From the NCBI GenBank assembly GCA_002495325.1, contig DAEQ01000002.1, positions 112,877 to 176,876 of the forward strand: a DNA stretch of 64,000 nucleotides. Direction: 5' to 3'. The notes under the pieces are model-generated. The model was not told the DNA's origin, searched no databases, and worked only from the letters and a program-made list of their open reading frames with translations. The position numbers and the translations under genes are program-made. The stretch comes from Methanomassiliicoccaceae archaeon UBA593. GTDB lineage: Archaea > Thermoplasmatota > Thermoplasmata > Methanomassiliicoccales > Methanomethylophilaceae. Shown here piece by piece: positions 37,686 to 47,655 of the stretch. Each line of letters begins with the position of its first letter. Within the stretch, counting starts at the first letter, position 1.

Positions 37686-38483
37686 TCAATTCCCGTAGCG
37701 CCGGACGCGCTGCTGATAGGTGCGGACGGCCCGCAGGAAGTCGATGCGCCGGAAACCCGGCCAGTAAATATCGGTAAAGTACAGCTCCGAATAGGCCAAC
37801 TGCCACAGCAGAAAATTGGAAACCCGGATCTCGCCGGAGGTCCGCAGGACCAGGTCAGGGTCGGGCAGGTCAGAAGTGTAGAGGTGCTGGGCAAAGGTCT
37901 CCTCGGTAATGTCTTCCACCTTCATCTGACCGTCACGGACCTTGGCGGCAATCTCCCGGACCGCACCGGTAATCTCCTGCCGGCTCCCGTAGGCCAGACA
38001 GATCGAGAAGACGTAGTTGCAATACTGGCCCGTGCGTTCTTTGGCATAGTCGATCGCCTTCTGAACGTTCACAGGCAGGGTACTGAGGTCTCCGAGGACC
38101 TGCACCCGCACGCGGTTGGCATGGATCCGCGGGTTGTCGGCGATCTTAATCAGCGATGCCTCCGCCATGTCCATTATGAAATCGATCTCTGAATCCTGCC
38201 GTTTAAAGTTCTCGGACGAAAAGGCGAAAACCGTGATGTAGTGGATATTAAGGTCCAGACTCCAGTCCAAAAGCTCTTCGACCTTCTGCTCGCCGAGCTT
38301 GTGGCCGGCATCCACGTCGTTACCCAGGTACTCCTTGGCATAGCGGCGGTTACCGTCCATGATGATGGCGACGTGCTCCGGGATCGGCCCGGCGCGGACC
38401 TCCTTATCCAACCGCCGCTCGTACGTCGAGTAGATCGGCTTGGCGATGAACTCGGGAACGGAAGAAGGATTATTGGAGGTCAT
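37686..38483 (-). CDS. uppS: cis-prenyltransferase (undecaprenyl diphosphate synthase)
   Basis: HVAIIMDGNRRYA, FAFSSENF.R, RTSGE.R.SNFLLWQ..YSEL. Confidence 0.95.
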   Translation of the reverse strand: MTSNNPSSVPEFIAKPIYSTYERRLDKEVRAGPIPEHVAIIMDGNRRYAKEYLGNDVDAGHKLGEQKVEELLDWSLDLNIHYITVFAFSSENFKRQDSEIDFIMDMAEASLIKIADNPRIHANRVRVQVLGDLSTLPVNVQKAIDYAKERTGQYCNYVFSICLAYGSRQEITGAVREIAAKVRDGQMKVEDITEETFAQHLYTSDLPDPDLVLRTSGEIRVSNFLLWQLAYSELYFTDIYWPGFRRIDFLRAVRTYQQRVRRYGN

Positions 38484-38490
38484 GGTCGTT

Positions 38491-39441
38491 TCACGCGAAA
38501 TCTTCGGGCACGCCGGCGGCTTCGGCACCTAGGTCGCAGCAGCCGACGGCCGCGATCGCCCCGATCATACCGTTGATGCCCGTCAGGCTGATGATCTGCA
38601 CGCCGGCGGCCTCGGCAACCTTACGGGCTTCTTCCTGAGTATACAGGACGCTCTTGGCAGACCAGCCGAAGTCGCGGAGAGCCTTCGGGACTTCCAGGCC
38701 CTGGAAGACGGTCATGACGGCGTCGGTGGAGCAGGAGGCCTTTTTGAGCGCGTCCCGGCAATACTCGATCAGCTTAGGCACGTCCGCCTCGGTCACCGCG
38801 AAGCTGATGGCCGTGGCACAGCAGTTGGTGGTCTTGGTCGGGGACTTGGGGTTGAGCTGAATGATCTTGTGATCGATGAACCGACCGACCGGGCAGTCGC
38901 GGGCCACTTTCAGCGCGGCGGCCCAGGTGGCGCCTTTCTCTTTCGTGTCGGTGTCATCGACGCCGATGACGATGCGGACCATCTTGGGCGTGATGATGTC
39001 GACGGTCGAGGTGTGGCCGCCGCCGATCTTGAAATCGTCGGGGTACTCGGTCCGGATCACGCCACGGGCCTGGGGCAGACAGGCGCCGACGCCGACGCTG
39101 GCGCCCGCGATGCCCATCCAGGTGGTGCGGACGGTATCGCCCTCGACGACCAGTTTTTTAAGGCCCTGACCGCCCAGATTGGCCGAAACCGGCCCGAAGT
39201 TGAGCTCTTTCTCGCCCATGTGCACATCCATCATCAGAGTGGTGCCTTCGATCTTTACCTGATCGATGACCCCGCTGGCCCGGCGGCGGTTGACCAGGTC
39301 CCACTCGGCAGGGCCACGGGCCAGGCATGTCTCGACGATCTTGGCCTTGCCGGCCTTCTCGTCCACCATGGTCAGGAATTCCTGGCAGAACATGGATCCG
39401 TATTTTGCGCGCACTTCTTCGGGTTTCAGTACATAGACCAT
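38491..39441 (-). CDS. methanogenesis marker protein 11 (TiaS-like C-terminal domain)
   Basis: GPAEWD..NR, GIAGASVG, GVDDTD...GATW and K.IQL.P....KT.NC. Confidence 0.75.
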   Translation of the reverse strand: MVYVLKPEEVRAKYGSMFCQEFLTMVDEKAGKAKIVETCLARGPAEWDLVNRRRASGVIDQVKIEGTTLMMDVHMGEKELNFGPVSANLGGQGLKKLVVEGDTVRTTWMGIAGASVGVGACLPQARGVIRTEYPDDFKIGGGHTSTVDIITPKMVRIVIGVDDTDTKEKGATWAAALKVARDCPVGRFIDHKIIQLNPKSPTKTTNCCATAISFAVTEADVPKLIEYCRDALKKASCSTDAVMTVFQGLEVPKALRDFGWSAKSVLYTQEEARKVAEAAGVQIISLTGINGMIGAIAAVGCCDLGAEAAGVPEDFA

Positions 39442-39457
39442 TTTTTTGTCTCCTTTG

Positions 39458-40117
39458 TCATTCCGTATCCGGACAGGCCGGGTCTGTCGGAACCGCAGCC
39501 GCCTCGATACACTCCGGCGGCACTCTGTCGCACAGATACACTGTGCGGGCCGCCCTTTCAATTGTAAAGCCGGCCGCTACGCAGGCGGCGGTGTCTATCT
39601 GCAGGATGACCGGATCGTCCAGCCGGGCTTTACCGGCACGTTCCGCATCCAGATAGGTCGCCGACAGGTGGACCATCGCCCGGTCCGAAGGGAGGATGCC
39701 CATTTCCAGGATGATGCCCTGCTCCTCCGGTGACGCCGGATAGTACAGCCGCAACGGAATGTGATCTGTCGGCAGCTGCAGGTCGAGCTTAATCGTGTGG
39801 CCGTAGGTTGCCCGGACCTTCCGGCCCAATACCTGGTACCGGCCCTTCGGGTCGGTCGCCACCAGTGCTTCGATGTGAAACGGCCGCAGCCATTTCATGC
39901 GGGAATTGAACTCGCGGACGGTATCCACGATCTCCTGGACCTCGACGAATCCCTGTGCGTCCATGGCCAGGTCGAACTTGCCGTGGCGGAGGATGGCCGC
40001 CATGGTGCGGCCCAGTTTCTCCACTTCGTAGTCACTCATGACGAAGCGGCCTTTCTCGCCGCAGACGGGACAGCATTCGTCCCGAAAGTAGCCGTGTTCC
40101 CCGCACTCGTTGATCAT
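39458..40117 (-). CDS. kptA: RNA 2'-phosphotransferase (Tpt1/KptA)
   Basis: N-terminal C..HG..R...CP.C; ILRHG, DPKGRY, RATYGHT and R..VHLS. Confidence 0.92.
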   Translation of the reverse strand: MINECGEHGYFRDECCPVCGEKGRFVMSDYEVEKLGRTMAAILRHGKFDLAMDAQGFVEVQEIVDTVREFNSRMKWLRPFHIEALVATDPKGRYQVLGRKVRATYGHTIKLDLQLPTDHIPLRLYYPASPEEQGIILEMGILPSDRAMVHLSATYLDAERAGKARLDDPVILQIDTAACVAAGFTIERAARTVYLCDRVPPECIEAAAVPTDPACPDTE

Positions 40118-41004
40118 TGTCCGGACGCCCGCTTTTCGGCGGCATGGACGGTATTGGCCATCAGCATGCAGATGGTCATCGGGCCGACACCGCCGGGAAC
40201 CGGCGTAATGGCGGCAGCTTTTTCCTTTACGACCTCGAAATCCACGTCGCCCACCAGCCGGCTGCCTTTGGGCGCGGTGGCATCTGGGACGCGGTTGGTG
40301 CCGACATCGATGACGACGGCACCTTCCTTGACCATGTCGGCGGTGATGAACTTCGGTTTGCCGATGGCAACTACCAGGATGTCTGCCTGACGGGTTATCG
40401 CCGGCAGGTCCCGGGTCTTGGAGTTGGTAATGGTAACGGTGGCGTCGGCGCCGCGGCCCTTCTGGAGCATCATGGCCGCCATGGGCTTGCCGACGATGTT
40501 GCTGCGGCCGACGACGACCACGTGCCGGCCGGCGGTCTCGACACCGGAGCGGACCAGCATCTGCTGGATGCCGGCGGGAGTGGCCGGCAGGAAATCCGGC
40601 TCGCCGATAAGCATCTTGCCGACATTGTAGGGATGGAAGCAGTCGACATCTTTGGCGGGGTCGATCGCGTTGATGACCGCTTCTTCGTCCAGACCCTTAG
40701 GCAACGGAAGCTGCACGAGGAACCCGTGGATGGCGGGATCACGGTTAAGTTCGGCCACTTTGGCCAGCAGTTCCGCCTGAGTGGTCTCCTTGGGCAGAAC
40801 GACGGTAACGGAGTGCATGCCCAGCTCCTCGCACTTCTTCCCTTTCATCCGCACGTAGACCTGCGAGGCAGGGTCGTCGCCGACCAGCACTACGGCGAGG
40901 CCGGGCGTAATCCCTTTGGCCTTTAATGTAGCGATGCGCTCCCGCAGTTCGGCATAGATGTTCCCCGACACTTCTTTCCCAAGAATAAGTTTGGCGGTCA
41001 TCAT
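40114..41004 (-). CDS. folD: bifunctional methylene-THF dehydrogenase/cyclohydrolase
   Basis: [25 protein letters not shown] and [11 protein letters not shown]. Confidence 0.95.
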   Translation of the reverse strand: MMTAKLILGKEVSGNIYAELRERIATLKAKGITPGLAVVLVGDDPASQVYVRMKGKKCEELGMHSVTVVLPKETTQAELLAKVAELNRDPAIHGFLVQLPLPKGLDEEAVINAIDPAKDVDCFHPYNVGKMLIGEPDFLPATPAGIQQMLVRSGVETAGRHVVVVGRSNIVGKPMAAMMLQKGRGADATVTITNSKTRDLPAITRQADILVVAIGKPKFITADMVKEGAVVIDVGTNRVPDATAPKGSRLVGDVDFEVVKEKAAAITPVPGGVGPMTICMLMANTVHAAEKRASGQ

Positions 41005-41071
41005 CCTACCTGCTGATTGCCCGTCTTCAGTGTAACGCGCATATATTAAAATAACGCGAAATCAGGGCAGG

Positions 41072-41869
41072 TCAGCTGGCCAAACGCGCCGCTGTACGCA
41101 GATCCCGCGGCGAGCAGCCCGCGTCCAGGACCAGTTCGAGCGTCTGCCGGGTATTGTCCAGATTCTGCTTCAGCGCGTCAGCCGCGAGCACTCCGGCGGC
41201 CCGGCCCTCAACCAAATGCCAGGTATGATCGGCCAGGACGAAGGCCCCTTTCTCGGGAACCTGCACCGCCAGGTCCGCGTAATCCTGCGGGACCCGTTTG
41301 CCCTCGTGCATCGGCCAGAGATAGCCGGCGATCTTCTTGCCGGCCGCATCGGTACCTTCGGTCACCGGAATCTCGGCGATGTAGCCGGGCAGCAGCGAAG
41401 GGATACACTCGGCGGCGGCAGCGTAGGACGAGGAGTCGCAGCGGATACCCAGCGGCGGCAGAATCCTGTCCAGGTCCCGCGGGGGCTTCATGAACGGTGC
41501 CCGGAAGCAGTCCGGGCGGCGGCCGGCCACATCCACCACTGCTTCGCAGGCGCGCTTCAGGATCGCGGCGATCTCCGCCGGCGGCCGGCCGCTGAGCCGT
41601 TCGTGGTCATAACCGTGTATACCCAGCTCGAAATGCGTCAGACTGCCGGCGGTGTCCCGCAGTTCCTCCAGCGTACGGCCTTCGCAGAAGAACGTCGCCG
41701 GGATCCGCAGGTCGTCCAGCAGGTCCGCCAGCAGGATCAGCCCCTTGGCCGTGGAGGCAAACCGCGGCGCGTTCCCCGCACCCCGGTCCAACGAACCAGC
41801 CGCATTCTGACCCGGGACCTCGCAGTTGACGTCCCGGTCCAGGTCCACGGTGAAACAGAACGTCCGCAT
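41072..41869 (-). CDS. polysaccharide deacetylase (CE4/NodB) family protein
   Basis: TVDLD, ATFF, ELGIHGYDH and FRAP motifs. Confidence 0.8.
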   Translation of the reverse strand: MRTFCFTVDLDRDVNCEVPGQNAAGSLDRGAGNAPRFASTAKGLILLADLLDDLRIPATFFCEGRTLEELRDTAGSLTHFELGIHGYDHERLSGRPPAEIAAILKRACEAVVDVAGRRPDCFRAPFMKPPRDLDRILPPLGIRCDSSSYAAAAECIPSLLPGYIAEIPVTEGTDAAGKKIAGYLWPMHEGKRVPQDYADLAVQVPEKGAFVLADHTWHLVEGRAAGVLAADALKQNLDNTRQTLELVLDAGCSPRDLRTAARLAS

Positions 41870-43388
41870 CGGCTCGCCGCGGCCCGATGGTCGAGATCCG
41901 CTTGATCAGCATGCCCTCGATCTCTACCGGATTGTACTTCACCGCCAGTTCGCGGGCGCGGTTCAGTTTCGTCGCGTTGTCCGCAAAAAGCTGGATCAGG
42001 ATCTCGCCTTTCTCGACCCGCTGGCCCTTCTTCTTGAGGATCAGCATGCCGGCGCCCTTGTCGCTGGGCGCTCCGCAGGCCTTGGCAATGGCCACAATCG
42101 CCTTGTTGGAGATGGAGTGTACGTAGCCGGCCTTCATCGACGTGATGTCGGCGGTAAACTTACCAGGATTCAGGTCGTCGGCCTTCAGATCGGCCCGGCC
42201 GCCCTGAGCTACGACAATCTCTAAAAATTTCTTGTGCGCCGCGCCGGAACGGAGCAGGTCCCGCGCCTTGTCGGCGCCGTTAGCAAAGCCGCCCATCTCG
42301 AGGATGATGCCTGCGCAGTCGCAGGCCTTTTCGATTACACTCGCCGGGTGCTCCTCGCCTTCCAGAATGCGGATGCATTCCCGTGCCTCCAGGTTCGGCC
42401 CGACAGCACTGCCGACCGGCTGGTCAGCGTAGGTGATGGCACACTCGATGTGCATGTGGAGCTTCTCGCCCAGGTCCATGAAGTCCCGGGCATAGGCCCG
42501 GGCGGCGTCCAGGGTCGGCACCTTGGTGCCTGCGCCGGTCGGGATGTCCACTACCAGGTTGGTGGCACCGATGGCCAGTTTCTTGCTCAGGATGGAGGCT
42601 AGCATCTGCGCCCGCGGGTTTATGCCCAGCGGGTGCTCGATCTTGATGACCATGTCGTCCACCGGGGCCAGGTTCATCGAGCCGCCCCAGGCGAACACGC
42701 CGCCGACGGACTCGGCGGTTTCCTTCAACTTCCGCGCATCGAGCTCGACATTGCAGAAGGTCTCCACGAAATCCGAGGTCCCGCAGGCGCTGCTGATGGC
42801 CCGGGATGAGGTCTTCGGGATCATTAGACCGGCGGCCGCGACGATCGAGACCACAATCGGCGTGATCTTGTTGCCCGGCACTCCGCCGAGACTGTGGAAG
42901 TCGAAGACCGGGGACTGGTCGAAGTGAATCCGGTCGCCGGTGTCCACCATCGCGTTGGCAAAGGCGGCGATCTCGTCAATGTCCATACCGTTGATATACA
43001 GCGCTGTCAGCCAGGCCGAGATCTCGATCGGCGCCAGATCGCCGTCGTAGATGTCCTTGACGACCGCGGTGATCTCCGCGGCCGACAGTTTCTGCCTGTC
43101 CATCTTGCGGCGGATGGACCGGACACTCTCAGGCGTCGGCGAATAGGTGACCTCGACCGTTTCGCCGTCCTGAGCCCCGATTCGTTTCAGTACAATGTCC
43201 GGGATAAGGATCGTACCGACCGCGACCAGCTGATCGGAGGTCGAGAGCATGACGGAGATGTCGTCTTTCGGTCCCTCGATACGGACCCGGTCGCTCTCCT
43301 TCACACCGATTTGCGCGCAGTCTGTCGGGTCCATAGCCACTATCAGCGATGAGATCAGCAGATCTACTTTCTTGACGGCCAACTTCAT
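41607..43388 (-). CDS. deoA: AMP phosphorylase (conserved part ends near 41874; literal ORF extends to 41607)
   Basis: N-terminal RV.I domain, H.LGGVPGNK, PKTSSRAI.S..GT.D and EHPL.I.P..QMLASILSKK.A.G. Confidence 0.9.
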   Translation of the reverse strand: MKLAVKKVDLLISSLIVAMDPTDCAQIGVKESDRVRIEGPKDDISVMLSTSDQLVAVGTILIPDIVLKRIGAQDGETVEVTYSPTPESVRSIRRKMDRQKLSAAEITAVVKDIYDGDLAPIEISAWLTALYINGMDIDEIAAFANAMVDTGDRIHFDQSPVFDFHSLGGVPGNKITPIVVSIVAAAGLMIPKTSSRAISSACGTSDFVETFCNVELDARKLKETAESVGGVFAWGGSMNLAPVDDMVIKIEHPLGINPRAQMLASILSKKLAIGATNLVVDIPTGAGTKVPTLDAARAYARDFMDLGEKLHMHIECAITYADQPVGSAVGPNLEARECIRILEGEEHPASVIEKACDCAGIILEMGGFANGADKARDLLRSGAAHKKFLEIVVAQGGRADLKADDLNPGKFTADITSMKAGYVHSISNKAIVAIAKACGAPSDKGAGMLILKKKGQRVEKGEILIQLFADNATKLNRARELAVKYNPVEIEGMLIKRISTIGPRRADADVLFHRGPGPGRQLRGPGSECGWFVGPGCGERAAVCLHGQGADPAGGPAGRPADPGDVLLRRPYAGGTAGHRRQSDAFRAGYTRL

Positions 43389-44623
43389 ACGGATCCCCAC
43401 TGGTCCAGCGCCTGCTGCAGTTCGCGGTGCGTCTTGGCATACTCGTTAATCGGTACGTCTGCACAGGCCGCATCGACAGCCTGACACATGGCCATGGCAC
43501 CCGCCCGGACGCCGTCCGGATGGCCGGCGACACCGCCGCCGGCCTGGATCTGGATATTGGTGCCGGCCTCTCTGACCAGTGTCGGGACGATGCCGGGGTA
43601 CATGCCGCCGGAGCAGACCGGCATGACCTTCTTGAACGGCACGTCGTCGCTCTGACAGGCCCGCTGGTTTGCAGTGCCTTCGGAAACCTGCCCGTTCATC
43701 TTTCCCACGCCGAGCGTGCCGATGTGAAGCGCATCGCCGCCGCACATACGGACCAGTTTGCAGAACACCACCATGGCGACGCCGTTCAGCGGATCCTTGG
43801 TAATCGCACCGTGCATGGTCCGGTGTACGTGAATGGGCACCTTGATCTTCGGATCCTCGGCCACGGCCTGCACCGCGCCGAAGCCGCAGGTCAGTACATC
43901 GATCATAATTTCCTTGGCGCCCCAGGCCTGGACGTCCTCCGCCAGTTCGCGGATGTCCTGACCGTTGGTACTGATGTTGACGGCGTGCATCATGTGATGC
44001 CCCTCTTCCTGTAACCGGTCGAGGACCTCCGCCACGGCCTTGGTCCGGTCCTCGATCGGGCAGAACCGCTGGTCGACGAGAGTCTCGTCATCCTTGCTGT
44101 TGGTCAGTCCGCCGGAGCCTGCCTCGTAGATGTAAGCGGCCGTGTCCTTGGGAGACAGGCCGATCTTGGGCTTAACGATGGTTCCGACCAGCGGTTTCTT
44201 CGGCCGGTCCAGAATTTTCCGGAGGCCGGCATCACCGAACTTCGGCCCTTTGTATTGTTTGAGGATGCCCTTCGGGAAGGTCACGTCCTCCAGACGGACG
44301 CCTTTCAGCACACCCAGGCCGAACAGATTGCCGGAGATGATCGACAGGACCTGCGGGATCGCGCCCACCCTGATGCTGAAGTCCTCTTCGGGATAGGCGA
44401 TCGTCACCATATTCCCGTCGATGGCGGTGACCCGGCCGGCATACCGGTCAAAGACGTCGTCCTTCAGCGTGGATATCCCGGTCCAGGTTCCAGTGGACTG
44501 CTCGGCGGCAATAGCGCCGGCGGCTTTCTCGATCGGCAGGTCTGTCGTCACACGGTATTTGCAGACCACGTAGGCGTCCCGGTCGATCTCTTCACCCAGA
44601 TGCAGATAAGAATACGATTTCAT
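43385..44623 (-). CDS. rbcL: form III RuBisCO large subunit
   Basis: AEQSTGT, GNLFG, KPKIGL, KDDE, HVHR.MH, GKM, SGG and GGG. Confidence 0.9.
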   Translation of the reverse strand: MKSYSYLHLGEEIDRDAYVVCKYRVTTDLPIEKAAGAIAAEQSTGTWTGISTLKDDVFDRYAGRVTAIDGNMVTIAYPEEDFSIRVGAIPQVLSIISGNLFGLGVLKGVRLEDVTFPKGILKQYKGPKFGDAGLRKILDRPKKPLVGTIVKPKIGLSPKDTAAYIYEAGSGGLTNSKDDETLVDQRFCPIEDRTKAVAEVLDRLQEEGHHMMHAVNISTNGQDIRELAEDVQAWGAKEIMIDVLTCGFGAVQAVAEDPKIKVPIHVHRTMHGAITKDPLNGVAMVVFCKLVRMCGGDALHIGTLGVGKMNGQVSEGTANQRACQSDDVPFKKVMPVCSGGMYPGIVPTLVREAGTNIQIQAGGGVAGHPDGVRAGAMAMCQAVDAACADVPINEYAKTHRELQQALDQWGSV

Positions 44624-44632
44624 GCTCTTGCC

Positions 44633-45565
44633 TCACTCGGAAAAATCGGAGAAATGCTCCCCCAGCTGTTTGACCATTACCCCGTAGACCGAACCCGGGG
44701 CCATGACCCCCAGTTCGGTGATGATGTTGTCGATGTACTGCGGCGGGGTTGTATCGAATACGGGATTGAAAATCTTCACGCCCGCCGGGACCTCGCCCGG
44801 CCGGACCACTTCGCCCGTATCCCGCTCCTCGATGGTCACCGTGTCGCCGAACAGCGTCAGCGGAGACAGTTTATAGGTCTCCGCGCAGACGTTGAACTCG
44901 GTACGGGCCTCGTGAGCGGCCAATGCCACCTGGGAGGTACCGATCTTATTGACCAGCGCCCCGGTCGAGGTGACTGTGTCCGCGCCGACGAATACGCGGT
45001 CCACCCGCGGCATCACCGACCGGACTGCGCTGTCGACAATCAGGGTCACATCGACTCCGGCCTCAGCCAGCTGTTTTACAGTGATGAACCCCTGGCGCCA
45101 GGGCCGGGACTCTGTTGCATAGACCCGAACATCTTTGCCCTGTTGGACCGCAGCCTTGATCACGCCGATGGCCGCACTGCTGTTGCAATGGGTCAGCAGC
45201 ACGTCTCCGTCTTTAACCCGTTTCGCCCCGAAGCGGGCGATGGCCGTCACTGCCGCTTCGGAGGCGGCGGCGAAGGCCCGTCCGTCGCGGACGACCGCAG
45301 CGGTGGCATCCGTCAAAGTGGCCGCGGCTTCTACATTGCGGATGGAAGCGTGGACCCCGTTCCACAGCGAGACCGCCGTGGGACGGGAAGCCAACAGTAT
45401 GTCGGCCGCTTTTTTCAGGTCCCGCCGGAAATCCGCTGCGGAACTGCCGGTATACTGCTCAGCAAAATCCGCCAGGGCATTCGCTCCGGCCCGGGCGATC
45501 CTGCCTGCTCCACGGACACGCATGCTCCGGATATCCTCGGCTGTGGCCGCAATGATGTCTTTCAC
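44633..45565 (-). CDS. ribose-1,5-bisphosphate isomerase
   Basis: VRGAG.IA, RPTAVSL, THCNS, ESRP..QG and NPVFD.TP; clustered with RuBisCO and AMP phosphorylase; probable GTG start. Confidence 0.88.
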   Translation of the reverse strand: MKDIIAATAEDIRSMRVRGAGRIARAGANALADFAEQYTGSSAADFRRDLKKAADILLASRPTAVSLWNGVHASIRNVEAAATLTDATAAVVRDGRAFAAASEAAVTAIARFGAKRVKDGDVLLTHCNSSAAIGVIKAAVQQGKDVRVYATESRPWRQGFITVKQLAEAGVDVTLIVDSAVRSVMPRVDRVFVGADTVTSTGALVNKIGTSQVALAAHEARTEFNVCAETYKLSPLTLFGDTVTIEERDTGEVVRPGEVPAGVKIFNPVFDTTPPQYIDNIITELGVMAPGSVYGVMVKQLGEHFSDFSE

Positions 45566-45660
45566 GGAATCGACATGGCGGACCAGTGTTAAAAACGTAC
45601 GCGAACGGCGAGCGCGCCGGCGCGTATCCACGCACCCGTAACAGTTAGCACAGACAATGC

Positions 45661-45840
45661 TCATTCATGCTTTTGCTTCCGGATGAGATACAGCACCCCG
45701 AACGACAGGATCAAGCATACCGCCAGCATTCCGATAAGTGCCAGATCTAGATTTCCCAGCAATGCTCCGATCACGGCAACGGCAATCACAACCAGAACCA
45801 GGATCAATAAAACCACGGCCGCCCTTTGCGTCTTTTCCAC
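45661..45840 (-). CDS. small two-TM membrane protein
   Basis: Two long hydrophobic stretches with basic ends; GTG start about 35 nt below a TATA-like TTATAATTA. Confidence 0.5.
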   Translation of the reverse strand: MEKTQRAAVVLLILVLVVIAVAVIGALLGNLDLALIGMLAVCLILSFGVLYLIRKQKHE

Positions 45841-45946
45841 GGGATTCCTTCCTGGCTGCCTAATCGCCCTGCAGTAATTATAACCGACGTCGTCAGCTAT
45901 CCAATTCAGTACGTATTTATCGGCTGGAGACATTAGGTCTCTTATT

Positions 45947-47458
45947 ATGGCTGCACCCAAGAAGCATCTGCACATGCGCGGTGTGAAGCAGGCCTCGAAA
46001 CGGCTGGAGGATGACATCCTCGGTCGGTCCCGCGACATAGCGGACAACCCCGGCCTGCTCCGCCCCATGTGCGCCGGGAACTGCCGCAAATGTGCATTCA
46101 ACAGCCTGTTCAAGGACATCGACAAAATATCCGGTCTCAAGGACGACGAGAAGGCCTGTCTGAAATATGCCTCCCGGCCGTTCACCGAGGACATGGCCCG
46201 CGCCTACGCTGCCACCATCTCGCTGAGCGCCGCCGGAAAGATCCCGCTTCTGGCCACCGCAAAGATTGCAGGCAAACGGGTTCCATACGTCGTCCGTGGC
46301 TCGGTTGCCGCACCGCTGCTCATCGGCTGTCAGCACTACGACGACCCCAAGCTACGCCTGCTATGGTACAACCAGTTTATCAAAAAGAACCGGCTCCACC
46401 TTTATTCATTCGGTGATAACATCGTCTGTTCCGACACGCCCAACATGCCGGAGGACTACTTGTACGAGTCTTTCTGGGAGACCCCTTACAAGTTCCCTGA
46501 TGACGGGCTCGAGTGCGGCCATCCCGGCTCGGTCTCGCTGAACATTACTGTGAAGTCCCGGAACGAGCGTATCCACATCTGCGAGGACTGTGCCAAGGAC
46601 GTCCCGACCCTGGCCTACCTGATGTCTCAGCTCTGCACCGCGGACCTGCTTGACGACATCGAAGTGACCGTCGAACACAAGTTCCACAGCGCTGAGAACT
46701 CCGGTGTCGTAAAGGTCGAGGGCGACGACCTCAAGGACTACATGGCCGGAAAACTCACCGACCGGGCTCTGATCGACCAGATCAAACGGGAGAAGCTCGG
46801 CGAACTTGCCAAAAGCGACACCATCACGCTGATCATCGGCGATCATAACTACGGCTCCGACCTCGCCGCGTTCATGAAGGACCTCGAGGGTCCCGAGCAA
46901 GAGAAGGAAGGTCTGACCAGATTCCTGCAGCAGAATCCCAGAGCGGTCATCCTGCGCAACGGGAAAGCCTCCGAGATGGTCTCAAACCTGTGGGATGATA
47001 ACTGGAAAGAGCTCATCACTGCTCTGACCTCTGCCGCGTTCGCGGCACGGTACACCGATAAGCCGCGGGCCGCCCCATCGCTGGTGCTCGAAGAGGCCTA
47101 CCGGGAGTACATCTCCGCAGACATCGTCAAGACCTTACCGGAGTTCCGGAAACCGGGCTTCATGACCAGACTGGCTGATTCGCTCGCCAAGGCTGCCAAG
47201 GTCGGCGGCATGGACATGCTCCGGGAAACAATCGCCACCAGCACCTTGCGGGATGCGAAATGTCGGGCACTTGCTACAGCCTTCGTCTTCGCACTGGACC
47301 CCCGGGCCCGGCCGCCTATCAAGCTCTCCGACGAGGACCAGGACTTCGCGGCGTTCCTGACGCCGTTTGCCCAGAAGGTCATCGCGGCCGCCGGTGACAA
47401 CTACCGGAACGACATGAACACGCTCCTGATGGCCTGCAGTTCCGGCGAGACCGTCTGA
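45947..47458 (+). CDS. hypothetical protein with Cys clusters
   Basis: 503-aa ORF with host-like codon usage; CAGNCRKC, ECGH and HICEDC. Confidence 0.8.
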   Translation: MAAPKKHLHMRGVKQASKRLEDDILGRSRDIADNPGLLRPMCAGNCRKCAFNSLFKDIDKISGLKDDEKACLKYASRPFTEDMARAYAATISLSAAGKIPLLATAKIAGKRVPYVVRGSVAAPLLIGCQHYDDPKLRLLWYNQFIKKNRLHLYSFGDNIVCSDTPNMPEDYLYESFWETPYKFPDDGLECGHPGSVSLNITVKSRNERIHICEDCAKDVPTLAYLMSQLCTADLLDDIEVTVEHKFHSAENSGVVKVEGDDLKDYMAGKLTDRALIDQIKREKLGELAKSDTITLIIGDHNYGSDLAAFMKDLEGPEQEKEGLTRFLQQNPRAVILRNGKASEMVSNLWDDNWKELITALTSAAFAARYTDKPRAAPSLVLEEAYREYISADIVKTLPEFRKPGFMTRLADSLAKAAKVGGMDMLRETIATSTLRDAKCRALATAFVFALDPRARPPIKLSDEDQDFAAFLTPFAQKVIAAAGDNYRNDMNTLLMACSSGETV

Positions 47459-47655
47459 TGGCTCGGCAGTCTCTATAGATACATGTAAAATCATTCGGAA
47501 GAATATATGGCCGGGTTGTTTTTCCAGACATTAAGAGAACGGCCAGACCCGCCGGCCAGAGCACAGTTGCAGCCCGGTTGGGGCATTTGACGCCGGCCCC
47601 GGCGGGAATGGAATCGTCTCTCTTCATCTCCCGCTGGACCGCCCTTCCTGACGGT

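Noticed and set aside
18795-41876. CGA reassigned as a stop codon (CGA at the expected ends of nob1 and deoA, and at 23527-23529 in the NifH-NifD linker, which would give a 273-aa NifH)
   Set aside because: The radical SAM gene uses CGA at codon 3 (37674-37676) and in its YDFR motif (37629-37631), where Arg is needed. CGA is therefore a rare sense codon, and the linker CGA is most simply Arg.
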